A stretch of 64,000 bases of DNA from a virus (lineage: Duplodnaviria; Caudoviricetes). The translations under genes and the position numbers were made by a program. The DNA lies in the IMG/VR virus record IMGVR_UViG_3300032373_000006, positions 3,739 through 67,738 of that record; one strand, 5' to 3'. This document shows positions 52,737-60,583 of this stretch, in pieces. The notes beneath the pieces are model-generated. The model did not search any database and was not told where the DNA came from. It worked only from the letters and a program-made list of their open reading frames with translations. Position 1 is the first letter of the stretch, and every line of letters starts with the position of its first letter.

Positions 52737-53603
52737 TCAACCAAACACACGCTCCACGACCTCAACCAAATAGGAAGTCTCGATCTTGTCGGTTGCATTA
52801 CGACGGGCTTTTTCGATAATCTCACGGAAGTAAGCAACGTCAACGCCAGTGAGTTGTTCTTCCAGAATGACGGGGTTGTTGAGATCAAGGTCGTTGATCT
52901 GCATAACCATCTTGAGATATTGCCCAGCGTTGATCTTCCATCCACGCTGAATGAATTTCTTGGCACGGAAGATGGAACATACTGGATACAGTGACCCACG
53001 GTAAACCAGTGTCCGCGACATCAAGGCCAGCAGTGCATCTTCGTTGACAACAACACCTTCTTCGTATGTCCAGTAATTAGTGCAATGGACAAAGTCGAAG
53101 TTTTCGTGGATAGCTTCTGGACCGCCAAAGAACCGGATGATAACCTGCACACCACCTTTGAGCGTGATCGCATTTGATGACAGGAACACAGGGTGGAATT
53201 CTGGCTTCTCGTCCGCTACTTCTTCATCGACCTCGCCTTCAGCAGGCAGGTCCCCAGCGACACCAGCAGATTTTACCATGATACGGACACGTTTCCGTCC
53301 TTGGGTATCCTGGAGTTCTTCCAAGGTCATGTCGCATCCGACACCATAGTGATTGGCGACGCGGCCAGCTTTGAACTTGCCGATGTAGTACTCGGCGACT
53401 GCCGCTGTTGTTTCGAAAGTGCGGAAGTAGACATCATAGTCATTGACATCTTCGCCCAAAAGCATGGACGCGATAGACCCACCAGTGACGATCACTTCTT
53501 TCCTGGCGGCTTTGCGCAGAGACTTGTCTTCAATCGAATCCAGCCATCCATCAATCTTTTTGGTCAGTATTCGATTGATTGTTCGCGTTTGTTTTCCTGT
53601 CAT
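52737..53603 (-). CDS. Pol-beta-type nucleotidyltransferase resembling the class II CCA/poly(A) polymerase head domain
   Basis: TGGSIASMLLGEDVNDYDVYF (GG...LLG...DxD) and FDFVHC. Confidence 0.65.
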   Translation of the reverse strand: MTGKQTRTINRILTKKIDGWLDSIEDKSLRKAARKEVIVTGGSIASMLLGEDVNDYDVYFRTFETTAAVAEYYIGKFKAGRVANHYGVGCDMTLEELQDTQGRKRVRIMVKSAGVAGDLPAEGEVDEEVADEKPEFHPVFLSSNAITLKGGVQVIIRFFGGPEAIHENFDFVHCTNYWTYEEGVVVNEDALLALMSRTLVYRGSLYPVCSIFRAKKFIQRGWKINAGQYLKMVMQINDLDLNNPVILEEQLTGVDVAYFREIIEKARRNATDKIETSYLVEVVERVFG

Positions 53604-53651
53604 TAGCTTTTTCCTTCTAAATCAGATTCTTGGTGCTCACCACACCAGTGA

Positions 53652-53672
53652 CAGGCACCCTATGGGTGCCTG
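53652..53672 (-). terminator. 9-bp perfect hairpin
   Basis: CAGGCACCC-ATA-GGGTGCCTG directly after the stop of 53681..53944. Confidence 0.5.
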
Positions 53673-53680
53673 CTACAAGA

Positions 53681-53944
53681 TCAATCGCAAGTGTCTGTTT
53701 CTGTAACAATGGTCAGCTTGCCATCAGCACCGTAAATTGTTTGGTCGCTGATCGTATCACAGTTGGAAGTTTCTGGTTTGCGGTTTGTCGCAATGAGAAT
53801 GCCACCAACGACGATAATAACCGGGATCAGCCAGCCATTATCACCGTCCCCAGAGGTGACAACAGGTGGTTTTTCTTCGGGCGTCGCTGAGGCCATTGTT
53901 GCATAGAAAGTAAACACTACACAGAGTTTGATAAGGTTCTTCAT
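53681..53944 (-). CDS. Small secreted/membrane protein
   Basis: Signal peptide plus internal TM segment. Confidence 0.6.
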   Translation of the reverse strand: MKNLIKLCVVFTFYATMASATPEEKPPVVTSGDGDNGWLIPVIIVVGGILIATNRKPETSNCDTISDQTIYGADGKLTIVTETDTCD

Positions 53945-55098
53945 TTTGGTTCCTTTCGGGTTGATCGTTTCGCTAGTTCTAAGATTTTGTCAAACAGAAA
54001 CTGCTGCATTGAGCGCGAGCAGTCGTGATATCCCATGTTATTGTGGATCCACTCCTCATAGATGGTAATTGCAAGGAAGTCCACGCCGTTGGCAAGGCAT
54101 TGACGGGTGATCAGGATATCACCATCCAGAGCCTGAGCAACAATTCCAGGACCAAGTGTCTCAACGAAAATGATGCTGGTCGGCTCAACAAAGCAGTGGA
54201 TACTCTTGAGAAGCGAGCAGGCGTCTCGGATCGTTTCCCATTCAGCATCGCTTGGTGTAAACTTGACGTAGTCTATCACGTCGCGGTGTGCTTTCAGTAG
54301 ATCGCGGGTACTTGGTTTCAAGTGGGCGTCTTCAACGAATTGCTCAATGCTATCCAGAAACTCATCGCTGGGTGAGGCACAGTCGCTGAAGTCGATATTC
54401 CGTTCAAACCCATCCCATGCTGGATCAACGACACGGCGAGAAAACACCGGATCAGGCACTTTGGGAAGCAATGTCCCCATCTTGTAGATCAAGTCATAGG
54501 TGGAGGCCAAGGTGCGGTCTTCCGTCAGCCTCATAGGACATGTGAAGTTGTAAGTGAACCGCGTCGGCTTGACCAACTGGTGGACACGCACACCGCGATA
54601 GTAGATGTACTGACTTTGCCCACGATAAATCTCAACGCCATCACTGACGATCCAAGGTTCATTCTGCAGAAAGATCTTGCCACGCTCTGCATGTACTTCA
54701 CCGATCTCTTCACCTTTGACGGTAAAGATTGTATCACCTTCGCTGCGAACGTACGAGATCGTACCTGCTTCATCAAGCGTGTTTGAGTAGAGCTCGCGGT
54801 ACGCCTGCCAGACTTCCCAGTTCTTGCCGAGATCAGTGGTGAACCCAAGCTGCTCGTCGTCCATGAAAATCATCTGGAAAGGCTTGCCACGGATAAGCTT
54901 CTCGCGTGTGGAGAACTCAATGAGCCTGCCTTCTGTGAACAGGGACACTTCATGGCCTGTGCGAAGCAAAGTCGCAAGAGCATATTTCAAGCCAGTGCCG
55001 AACTCGCCAATGGGATTGTCATTTTCTTTGACGTTGACACCCATAGTGCGGATAACGTCAAGGTCAATGTCTCCGGAGTTTGTGAAGTAGATTGCCAT
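53941..55098 (-). CDS. GHKL (Hsp90/RIIA-like) ATPase-domain protein
   Basis: MGVNVK...PIGEFGTGLKYA; AYRELYSNTLD. Confidence 0.7.
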   Translation of the reverse strand: MAIYFTNSGDIDLDVIRTMGVNVKENDNPIGEFGTGLKYALATLLRTGHEVSLFTEGRLIEFSTREKLIRGKPFQMIFMDDEQLGFTTDLGKNWEVWQAYRELYSNTLDEAGTISYVRSEGDTIFTVKGEEIGEVHAERGKIFLQNEPWIVSDGVEIYRGQSQYIYYRGVRVHQLVKPTRFTYNFTCPMRLTEDRTLASTYDLIYKMGTLLPKVPDPVFSRRVVDPAWDGFERNIDFSDCASPSDEFLDSIEQFVEDAHLKPSTRDLLKAHRDVIDYVKFTPSDAEWETIRDACSLLKSIHCFVEPTSIIFVETLGPGIVAQALDGDILITRQCLANGVDFLAITIYEEWIHNNMGYHDCSRSMQQFLFDKILELAKRSTRKEPK

Positions 55099-55120
55099 TT
55101 CTTTACCTTTTGGTTGCTGT

Positions 55121-55155
55121 ACCTACACAATACCATGTGAGGCATGTGGTGAAAA
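55121..55155 (-). promoter_or_regulatory. Early-type promoter TTTTCA-N17-TATTGT
   Basis: TGGTATTGTGTAGGT box. Confidence 0.7.
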
Positions 55156-55167
55156 ACTGTATTTGTC

Positions 55168-55893
55168 TTACTTGTGAGAAATACTTTTGCGAGCATTCTG
55201 GCTCTGTGGGATCGGACGATTTAAGTTCACTTTGTTGCCAGCTTCAAGACCTGCTTTCATTGCACCGATTTCTACCTGAACTCCTCGGCTGTTGGTAGGT
55301 TTGATCACATGGCTCGGCAGTGCGCTCTTCATGCCTTCCTCAATAACTTGTTCCTTGAGAACAACCAAGTCTGTCCCAGTCTCGCTTTGTTGCTCACGCT
55401 CGTTCATGAGCTGATAGATTTTGTTGGTTATCGTTTCCGACATACCCCACATGAATCCCCAGTATTGAGTGTGACGCGACACGCCCTCTTCTTTTGGGTT
55501 GTTCTTGAGCCACAGTTTCCATTCACGGTTCATGGTATCGTGGACCATAATCAGCAGGAACTTATACATCTCAACGTCTTCATTGAACCCAAAGCCGTTT
55601 GAGCTCTGCCGATGAGGATCGTACCAAGTGACGACGCCGCAGAAGCGACCGATTGGCTTGCTGCACCATTTGGCACACGGATGCTGAGTTTTGATACCGT
55701 AGGCAAACTCGCCGTGGCTCATATCCTCACGAACATTGGCGGCTCTTAGGGCGGCTTCGCTGATGTTATGTTTTGACATCAACTTATCAGCCTTATCCAG
55801 AGCGGCCAGAGCCTCGGCTTCGCTGGCACCTTTCTCCGGCACCATCTGGCGTAGCTTTAGAATTCTTGCTTTGATATCTTCGATCTTGGACAT
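55168..55893 (-). CDS. DUF2786-domain protein
   Basis: IKARILKLRQM...ASEAEALAALDKADKLMSKHNIS. Confidence 0.75.
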   Translation of the reverse strand: MSKIEDIKARILKLRQMVPEKGASEAEALAALDKADKLMSKHNISEAALRAANVREDMSHGEFAYGIKTQHPCAKWCSKPIGRFCGVVTWYDPHRQSSNGFGFNEDVEMYKFLLIMVHDTMNREWKLWLKNNPKEEGVSRHTQYWGFMWGMSETITNKIYQLMNEREQQSETGTDLVVLKEQVIEEGMKSALPSHVIKPTNSRGVQVEIGAMKAGLEAGNKVNLNRPIPQSQNARKSISHK

Positions 55894-55909
55894 GTTTCAC
55901 CTTTATTTC

Positions 55910-56009
55910 TGGAGGGTGGTACTGGACTCGAACCAGTTTTCGCTTGATTACAGGTATCCCCATTTTGACCCGTCGGTCATACAAGCGGTTCCCATGAACG
56001 GCACCACCC
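55910..56009 (-). ncRNA. tRNA-like RNA with encoded CCA and a 28-nt insertion in the anticodon loop
   Basis: Acceptor GGGTGGT/ACCACCC-T-CCA; T arm ACTGG-TTCGAGT-CCAGT; D-like GTTC/GAAC; anticodon stem GCTTG/CAAGC enclosing 35 nt. Confidence 0.75.
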
Positions 56010-56032
56010 CACCTATACACTAAACCGCGAGG

Positions 56033-56323
56033 TTACTCTTGAACAGGCTTTTGTTTCTTTACAATGACAACTTTTGTCTTGCGATCTGTCATGTGTTCAA
56101 GAGCCAGTTGCCCAGCATGTTGAGAACAGAGCAGCAGACCGTCAACCTCATGTGTGGCGAATTTACCACAGTGATCTGCTGACAAGCCTCTCTTCTCAAT
56201 GCGATTCTCAAGATATCTCTGGTATCCTGGAGTTAAGGCTTCTCTGTTGAGAGTATGCTCGCACTGAGGCCGACGCACACTATCGAATCTTTCGTCCAGC
56301 CACTTCACCCGCCTAATATTCAT
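56033..56323 (-). CDS. Hypothetical protein with Cys/His residues (possible Zn finger)
   Basis: QCEH...DHCG...LCSQH. Confidence 0.6.
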   Translation of the reverse strand: MNIRRVKWLDERFDSVRRPQCEHTLNREALTPGYQRYLENRIEKRGLSADHCGKFATHEVDGLLLCSQHAGQLALEHMTDRKTKVVIVKKQKPVQE

Positions 56324-56570
56324 TGACTGGCTCCCCGTTGGGCTTGCAGATGTAGATACCGATCCACTCCGCTCCGTCTCTGATCTCTAGGAATTCTTTG
56401 TTTGCGGTGACCCAAGCGTAGAAGCGAGGATCTCTGATCCAGTCGTAGTTGAGCGTGATATCAGTGCGTTTTTCTCTTATGAAAACTGCCCAGCGTTCTT
56501 TAGCGGCGAACGGGATTCTAATCCCCATTGCTTTTCGGCATTTGTCGCGGAGAATTTCATGAGTGATCAC
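56313..56570 (-). CDS. Hypothetical protein
   Basis: GTGA overlap start. Confidence 0.55.
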   Translation of the reverse strand: MITHEILRDKCRKAMGIRIPFAAKERWAVFIREKRTDITLNYDWIRDPRFYAWVTANKEFLEIRDGAEWIGIYICKPNGEPVNEY

Positions 56571-56956
56571 TTCTTGTTCCACACATGCTTGAACCAAGCG
56601 TAGGTCACGGAAGCAACCATAGACTGAATCGTGTAGGCCTCAAATTCAATTGAAGGAAATTCTTCTCCGATGCGAGCTCGAACTTCTTGCCAGACGTGTA
56701 TACATTCGTGAGCAATTACACCCAACATGGAGTGAAGTTTGTGGTCTCCTGGAGGAGCAATGACGATGATACAAATAGGATCACCGTTCTTGGGATTTTT
56801 GTAGATGCAGCACTTTCCGGCTGAATCTTCAATCGGATAAGGTTCATCGCTCAAACCAAGTTTATCAAGCAAACGATGCCAGCTTTTCTCACTCGGGGTG
56901 TAATAGGCTGTGATGGGGTATGGACCAATGTCCAGAGGGTAATGCCATTTCGTCAT
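56567..56956 (-). CDS. HExxH-motif protein (putative Zn metallopeptidase fold)
   Basis: IAHECIHVWQ...EFEAY. Confidence 0.65.
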   Translation of the reverse strand: MTKWHYPLDIGPYPITAYYTPSEKSWHRLLDKLGLSDEPYPIEDSAGKCCIYKNPKNGDPICIIVIAPPGDHKLHSMLGVIAHECIHVWQEVRARIGEEFPSIEFEAYTIQSMVASVTYAWFKHVWNKK

Positions 56957-56974
56957 AATTCTACCTTATAAGGT

Positions 56975-57006
56975 GGGGCCGATGCGACTACCTGCGCACC
57001 GACCCC
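56975..57006 (-). terminator. GC-rich hairpin ending the ncRNA region
   Basis: GGGGTCGGTGCG-N8-CGCATCGGCCCC. Confidence 0.55.
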
Positions 57007-57062
57007 TATTGCTTGACTTAAAAGGTCAACCCAGTTGCGACTGGATGCACCCGAGACTATCT

Positions 57063-57190
57063 GACCCATTGCAATTCTTTTACTCTCAAAGCATACGCTC
57101 TTCCACTGAGCTACTCGGCCATAATGGTGTATGGTAGCCGAGACTGGATTCGAACCAGCGACCTTATGTTGTGGAGAATTGCTTGGTCTC
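57063..57190 (-). ncRNA. Circularly permuted tRNA-like RNA (YrlA/Y-RNA-like tRNA mimic)
   Basis: Order is variable loop AGGTC, T arm GCTGG-TTCGAAT-CCAGT, acceptor 3' strand CTCGGCT-A-CCA, 11-nt linker, acceptor 5' strand GGCCGAG, D arm GCTC-AGTGGAA-GAGC; closed by TATG/CATA and GCAATTCT/AGAATTGC. Confidence 0.85.
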
Positions 57191-57221
57191 CTGTCTTTTC
57201 GTTTCTCACACTAAGGGGCAT

Positions 57222-57301
57222 AAGTCTCTTAAGTATGAGTCACAGGGTTTGGTTCCTTCTTGAAGTTTTCCACCTGCTTTGGTAAGTCTTAGTCTCAGTC
57301 T
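57222..57301 (-). repeat. AGACT(G/A/T) hexamer repeats between the gene and the tRNA mimic
   Basis: AGACTG-AGACTA-AGACTT tandem at 57301-57284; further AGACTT at 57227-57222. Confidence 0.8.
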
Positions 57302-57319
57302 ATCCCCTATGGGATTCGT

Positions 57320-58063
57320 TTAGCTAAGGATATATCCGAAGATCTCCTTCGCAATGCTCATATCTTTGACATCCACCGTGTTCGCCCGCTGGCGGGCCTT
57401 TTTCACAGCCGAGATCATCTTGTCACACTTGATCAACATGGCCGACTTCTCGTGTGGCGTGATCATGCTTGACGTATGGGTTGTTTCGATGCGGGCAACC
57501 GGAGTGTCCTCGTTCCATTTCTCCACCTGCGCCGGATGCTCTTTGGTTGGCTCCACCAAGATACGCGACTTGAGGACCTTCTCGGTCTTCATCGCCACCG
57601 TTGGGTCCGAACGATAAACACCATCGCCCAAGGTTGGATCAGGGCTCCATTTGATGGACATCTCCAGTGTTGGGATGCTCAGGATCAATTGACGCACGGC
57701 CTTGAGGCGCGTCTCCATGCCCAGCAGGAAGGTCGCTGGCACATCTTTCATGATGGTCGTGCCATCAATGACGAGGTCTGCCTTGGCGCGACCATTGGCT
57801 TCTTCAAGCTGCAAGAGCGCGTCGTAGTGGCGACCAACTGATTTGAAAGCGTGTTCCAGCTTGTCGGCGACAGTTGAGACCATCTGCTTCTCTTCGACAG
57901 TATTTTCGCCTTCGCGTGAGCTCTCAAAGAAAGCAACTGTCTTGCTGTGGCCGCGGAAATGATCTGCCTTCTTTACGAAAACAATCTCAGTTTCCTTGGT
58001 GATCGCGGCTGCGGAGTTTGTGGTATCCGCCATAACCGCCAAGAGTTCATGAAGTTTTGCCAT
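57320..58063 (-). CDS. Conserved uncharacterised protein (DUF7873-like, from recall)
   Basis: MAKLHELLAV...RAKADLVIDG...DVPATFLLGME...PTKEHPAQVEKW..D...AVKKARQRAN; promoter TAGTCT-N17-TACTAT at 58098-58126. Confidence 0.8.
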   Translation of the reverse strand: MAKLHELLAVMADTTNSAAAITKETEIVFVKKADHFRGHSKTVAFFESSREGENTVEEKQMVSTVADKLEHAFKSVGRHYDALLQLEEANGRAKADLVIDGTTIMKDVPATFLLGMETRLKAVRQLILSIPTLEMSIKWSPDPTLGDGVYRSDPTVAMKTEKVLKSRILVEPTKEHPAQVEKWNEDTPVARIETTHTSSMITPHEKSAMLIKCDKMISAVKKARQRANTVDVKDMSIAKEIFGYILS

Positions 58064-58138
58064 ATTGGTTTCCTAAGTTGGTTTATTCTGATACACTATA
58101 GTACGCCGCGAGGTAATAAAAGACTAGCGGTATTTGTC

Positions 58139-58690
58139 CTAGCGGAGGCTGTCCTTGACTCTTTGCACCCGCTCCTCGTAAAACTCCACAGCCCAAGGAA
58201 CTTCTGCGCCTGCGTATAGACGCTGACCCTTGCCAGTATGGCCAACGTGGATTTCATCGTCCTTTGGGTAAGGACGACGCGACGCTCCCACGAAGTCACA
58301 CAAACGATCCCAGTTCTGCTCCTTGGTAACACTTGTACCAATGGGAAGATACAGAATAGGAGTGCCTAGAGTCTCTGCTATCTTGCAAAAACCAATGAAA
58401 TTAGCCATCATTAGTAACATGGGATTGTAGAGATCAAACCCAGAGTACTCCATATCCTTGGACATCAGAGACTTGTGTGGGTCACGGAGGGGAACGACCA
58501 AAGACCGCTCCACTTGCCGTGGGTTGGTGATACGGTGAAACTGTGCATAGCGAGACTCACCTTCTTGCCACGGCTGATCAGGGCGATACAGAATGCGAAC
58601 ATCTGACTGAGTGTAGCCAAGGTTCGCAATCTGAGCCATAGTCGTACGAGTCCCGCTCGCCATGATGCTAAATAGTCCGAAGTTATTCAT
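58139..58690 (-). CDS. Sulfotransferase-like (P-loop fold) protein
   Basis: SIMASGTRT resembles the 5'-PSB loop; LVVPLRDPHKSLMS resembles the 3'-PB motif. Confidence 0.45.
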   Translation of the reverse strand: MNNFGLFSIMASGTRTTMAQIANLGYTQSDVRILYRPDQPWQEGESRYAQFHRITNPRQVERSLVVPLRDPHKSLMSKDMEYSGFDLYNPMLLMMANFIGFCKIAETLGTPILYLPIGTSVTKEQNWDRLCDFVGASRRPYPKDDEIHVGHTGKGQRLYAGAEVPWAVEFYEERVQRVKDSLR

Positions 58691-58721
58691 AGGAGTTTCC
58701 CTTCCAGCTTAAAGAAGCCGT

Positions 58722-59066
58722 TCATTGTGCTACCGTGCCAGTTCCACGTTTAGCTCTCTTGGCCTGCTGTTCTTTCATCTCTGAACGCAAACGCTTCCAC
58801 ATGCGACGGTCCTCAGCGCGGAGAACCTGACGGCTCTTCTTTGGGTTCTGCACGATCTTGCCGCGCTTCCGTTGGGTAGCTTCCCGTTTCGCGGCCAGAG
58901 CAACACCTTTCCCAGCGGCGGATTTGTAGGTGAACTTGATACCCCAGTTGTTGAGGATAAGCCGTTCGGCCAGTGTCATGTTCGCAGAGATTACACGCGG
59001 GTTCTTGGCTACGCGCTTCTTCTTGCGGTTTTTCACAACACGCTTTATCGTCTCAATAAGTTTCAT
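58722..59066 (-). CDS. Highly basic hypothetical protein
   Basis: Lys/Arg-rich; AAGGAG SD. Confidence 0.65.
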   Translation of the reverse strand: MKLIETIKRVVKNRKKKRVAKNPRVISANMTLAERLILNNWGIKFTYKSAAGKGVALAAKREATQRKRGKIVQNPKKSRQVLRAEDRRMWKRLRSEMKEQQAKRAKRGTGTVAQ

Positions 59067-59076
59067 ATCTGTCTCC

Positions 59077-59994
59077 TTAGAACAGGGTTGGTTGATCCAT
59101 ATCATCGAGGTCACGGAAGCCTAAGAATACAGGAAACCTTGGCGCGTCTTTCACGCCGATTTCAAAGTATTTGTACTTCGCAATCTTGCCGATAAGCTCT
59201 TCTTTATTTTGCCACAGACTTAGACGCTGAGCCGCGTCAAAACCAGTGCCGACTCGGACAACTTCACTCGGCCATTTTTCGCCGAGCTTCACTTCAATGG
59301 CACCGAGGGTTCCTTTGCCAATAAGACCATCTTTGTGACCAGAGTGTTCCAAATGTCCAAGATTATTGTAAGTTCCTGGATTGGAGTTATGCATCTCCTC
59401 ATGAACGGCTACAATGACACCTTCGTCATCGGTCCATTTCTTGACCTTGATCAGCTCACCTTTTGTTGGCGTGGCGCGGCCTTTCTTGTAAAGACCATCA
59501 CGTCTCCGAAGTATCACACCTTCGTGACCAGCCTCCAGTTTACGTCTTTGATACTCTTCAAGCATTTGCATGTCTGACAGTAAAGAATTACTTACCAACT
59601 GAACCCAGCTAGGAAACGAGGACATTCTATCAATAAGATGACCATAGCGATAGTCATAGTCACCATCAATGTTCCAAATGTCAAACACCTGCAAGGTCGC
59701 ATTCTGGATATCGTCGTTATTATAAGACATCACTGCTGAACTGGTGCGGCGATAGCAATCTGGGGAAGTGGCATCTCCAACGATAACTTCGGCATCAAGT
59801 CCTTGCAGAATATCCCGCAACTTCCGAACTTGAAATTGGAGCTCTTCGTTGCGTACTGGCTTCAAGCTGCGAGTGTAGAGATACCCATCGTCACCGACAA
59901 GTGTGCGGATGCCGTCCAGCTTCGGCTGCGCCCAGTATGGGAACATCTGGGAATTCTTTGCTTCATCCCACTTACTTGCGAGCATAGGTTTCAA
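59077..59994 (-). CDS. ATP-dependent DNA ligase
   Basis: KPMLA, QPKLDGIR (KxDG), EGVILR, KVKKW, RFPVF; TTG start with TTGA overlap. Confidence 0.92.
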   Translation of the reverse strand: MKPMLASKWDEAKNSQMFPYWAQPKLDGIRTLVGDDGYLYTRSLKPVRNEELQFQVRKLRDILQGLDAEVIVGDATSPDCYRRTSSAVMSYNNDDIQNATLQVFDIWNIDGDYDYRYGHLIDRMSSFPSWVQLVSNSLLSDMQMLEEYQRRKLEAGHEGVILRRRDGLYKKGRATPTKGELIKVKKWTDDEGVIVAVHEEMHNSNPGTYNNLGHLEHSGHKDGLIGKGTLGAIEVKLGEKWPSEVVRVGTGFDAAQRLSLWQNKEELIGKIAKYKYFEIGVKDAPRFPVFLGFRDLDDMDQPTLF

Positions 59995-60254
59995 AACGAC
60001 ATATCCTTCTGTAGACGACCGTGGACTGAAACAACATCTGGATTGCGTGTCCATGAGTTCCACTTGATGACTTTACCGTTATCCAGAACGAGCATCACTT
60101 CCGATGGAAACTCGCCCATGCCAGCGCCTCCTCCAGAGCGGTGTTCTCTGTAAGTGACAGTCCGACGGATCCCGTCGTCAATTATTTCTGATGGAACTGG
60201 AATATCTCTGGCTTGAGAATACATGAGACTTGATAAAGCTGGCATTGTTTTCAC
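59991..60254 (-). CDS. Hypothetical protein
   Basis: 87-aa ORF with AAGG SD. Confidence 0.6.
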   Translation of the reverse strand: MKTMPALSSLMYSQARDIPVPSEIIDDGIRRTVTYREHRSGGGAGMGEFPSEVMLVLDNGKVIKWNSWTRNPDVVSVHGRLQKDMSF

Positions 60255-60263
60255 CTTGTTTGT

Positions 60264-60479
60264 TTAGAAAATGTTTTCACCAAAGGTACTCCTGACAGTT
60301 TGCAGCAACGAGCCCTCTTCCTCGAGTGTGCAATCTTTGGTTTCAAACATGATGCGGCCACTTTCCCAATTACGGTCGGCCTCTTCCTTGGTAATAGGAC
60401 TATTGAAAACTAGCAAGCTGCTGTCATAGTCGACGTTGCCGGAAGCGGGCCAAGGAATTAGATGTATTGTGCTTTTCAC
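60264..60479 (-). CDS. Hypothetical protein (71 aa)
   Basis: GTG start overlapping the upstream TGA. Confidence 0.5.
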   Translation of the reverse strand: MKSTIHLIPWPASGNVDYDSSLLVFNSPITKEEADRNWESGRIMFETKDCTLEEEGSLLQTVRSTFGENIF

Positions 60480-60583
60480 AGGATACCCAACTCTAAGGCA
60501 ACCTTGTAGGCCAGAACAGCCCCTGATCCAAGCAGGACGCCTTCTGTGAACTTGTCCCATATTTTAGCGAAATATTTTAACAT
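60476..60583 (-). CDS. Small membrane peptide (35 aa)
   Basis: GGAGG SD; MLKYFAKIWDKFTEGVLLGSGAVLAYKVALELGIL; promoter TTGTCA-N17-TATAAA at 60653-60681. Confidence 0.55.
   Translation of the reverse strand: MLKYFAKIWDKFTEGVLLGSGAVLAYKVALELGIL

Noticed and set aside
57060-57120. Ordinary tRNA-Ser(TGA) starting at 57120
   Set aside because: No T arm or acceptor 3' strand follows; those parts lie upstream, so only the permuted fold closes.
57063-57190. Two-piece (permuted) tmRNA
   Set aside because: It has a full D arm, C3-G70 rather than the G3-U70 Ala determinant, and no tag reading frame.
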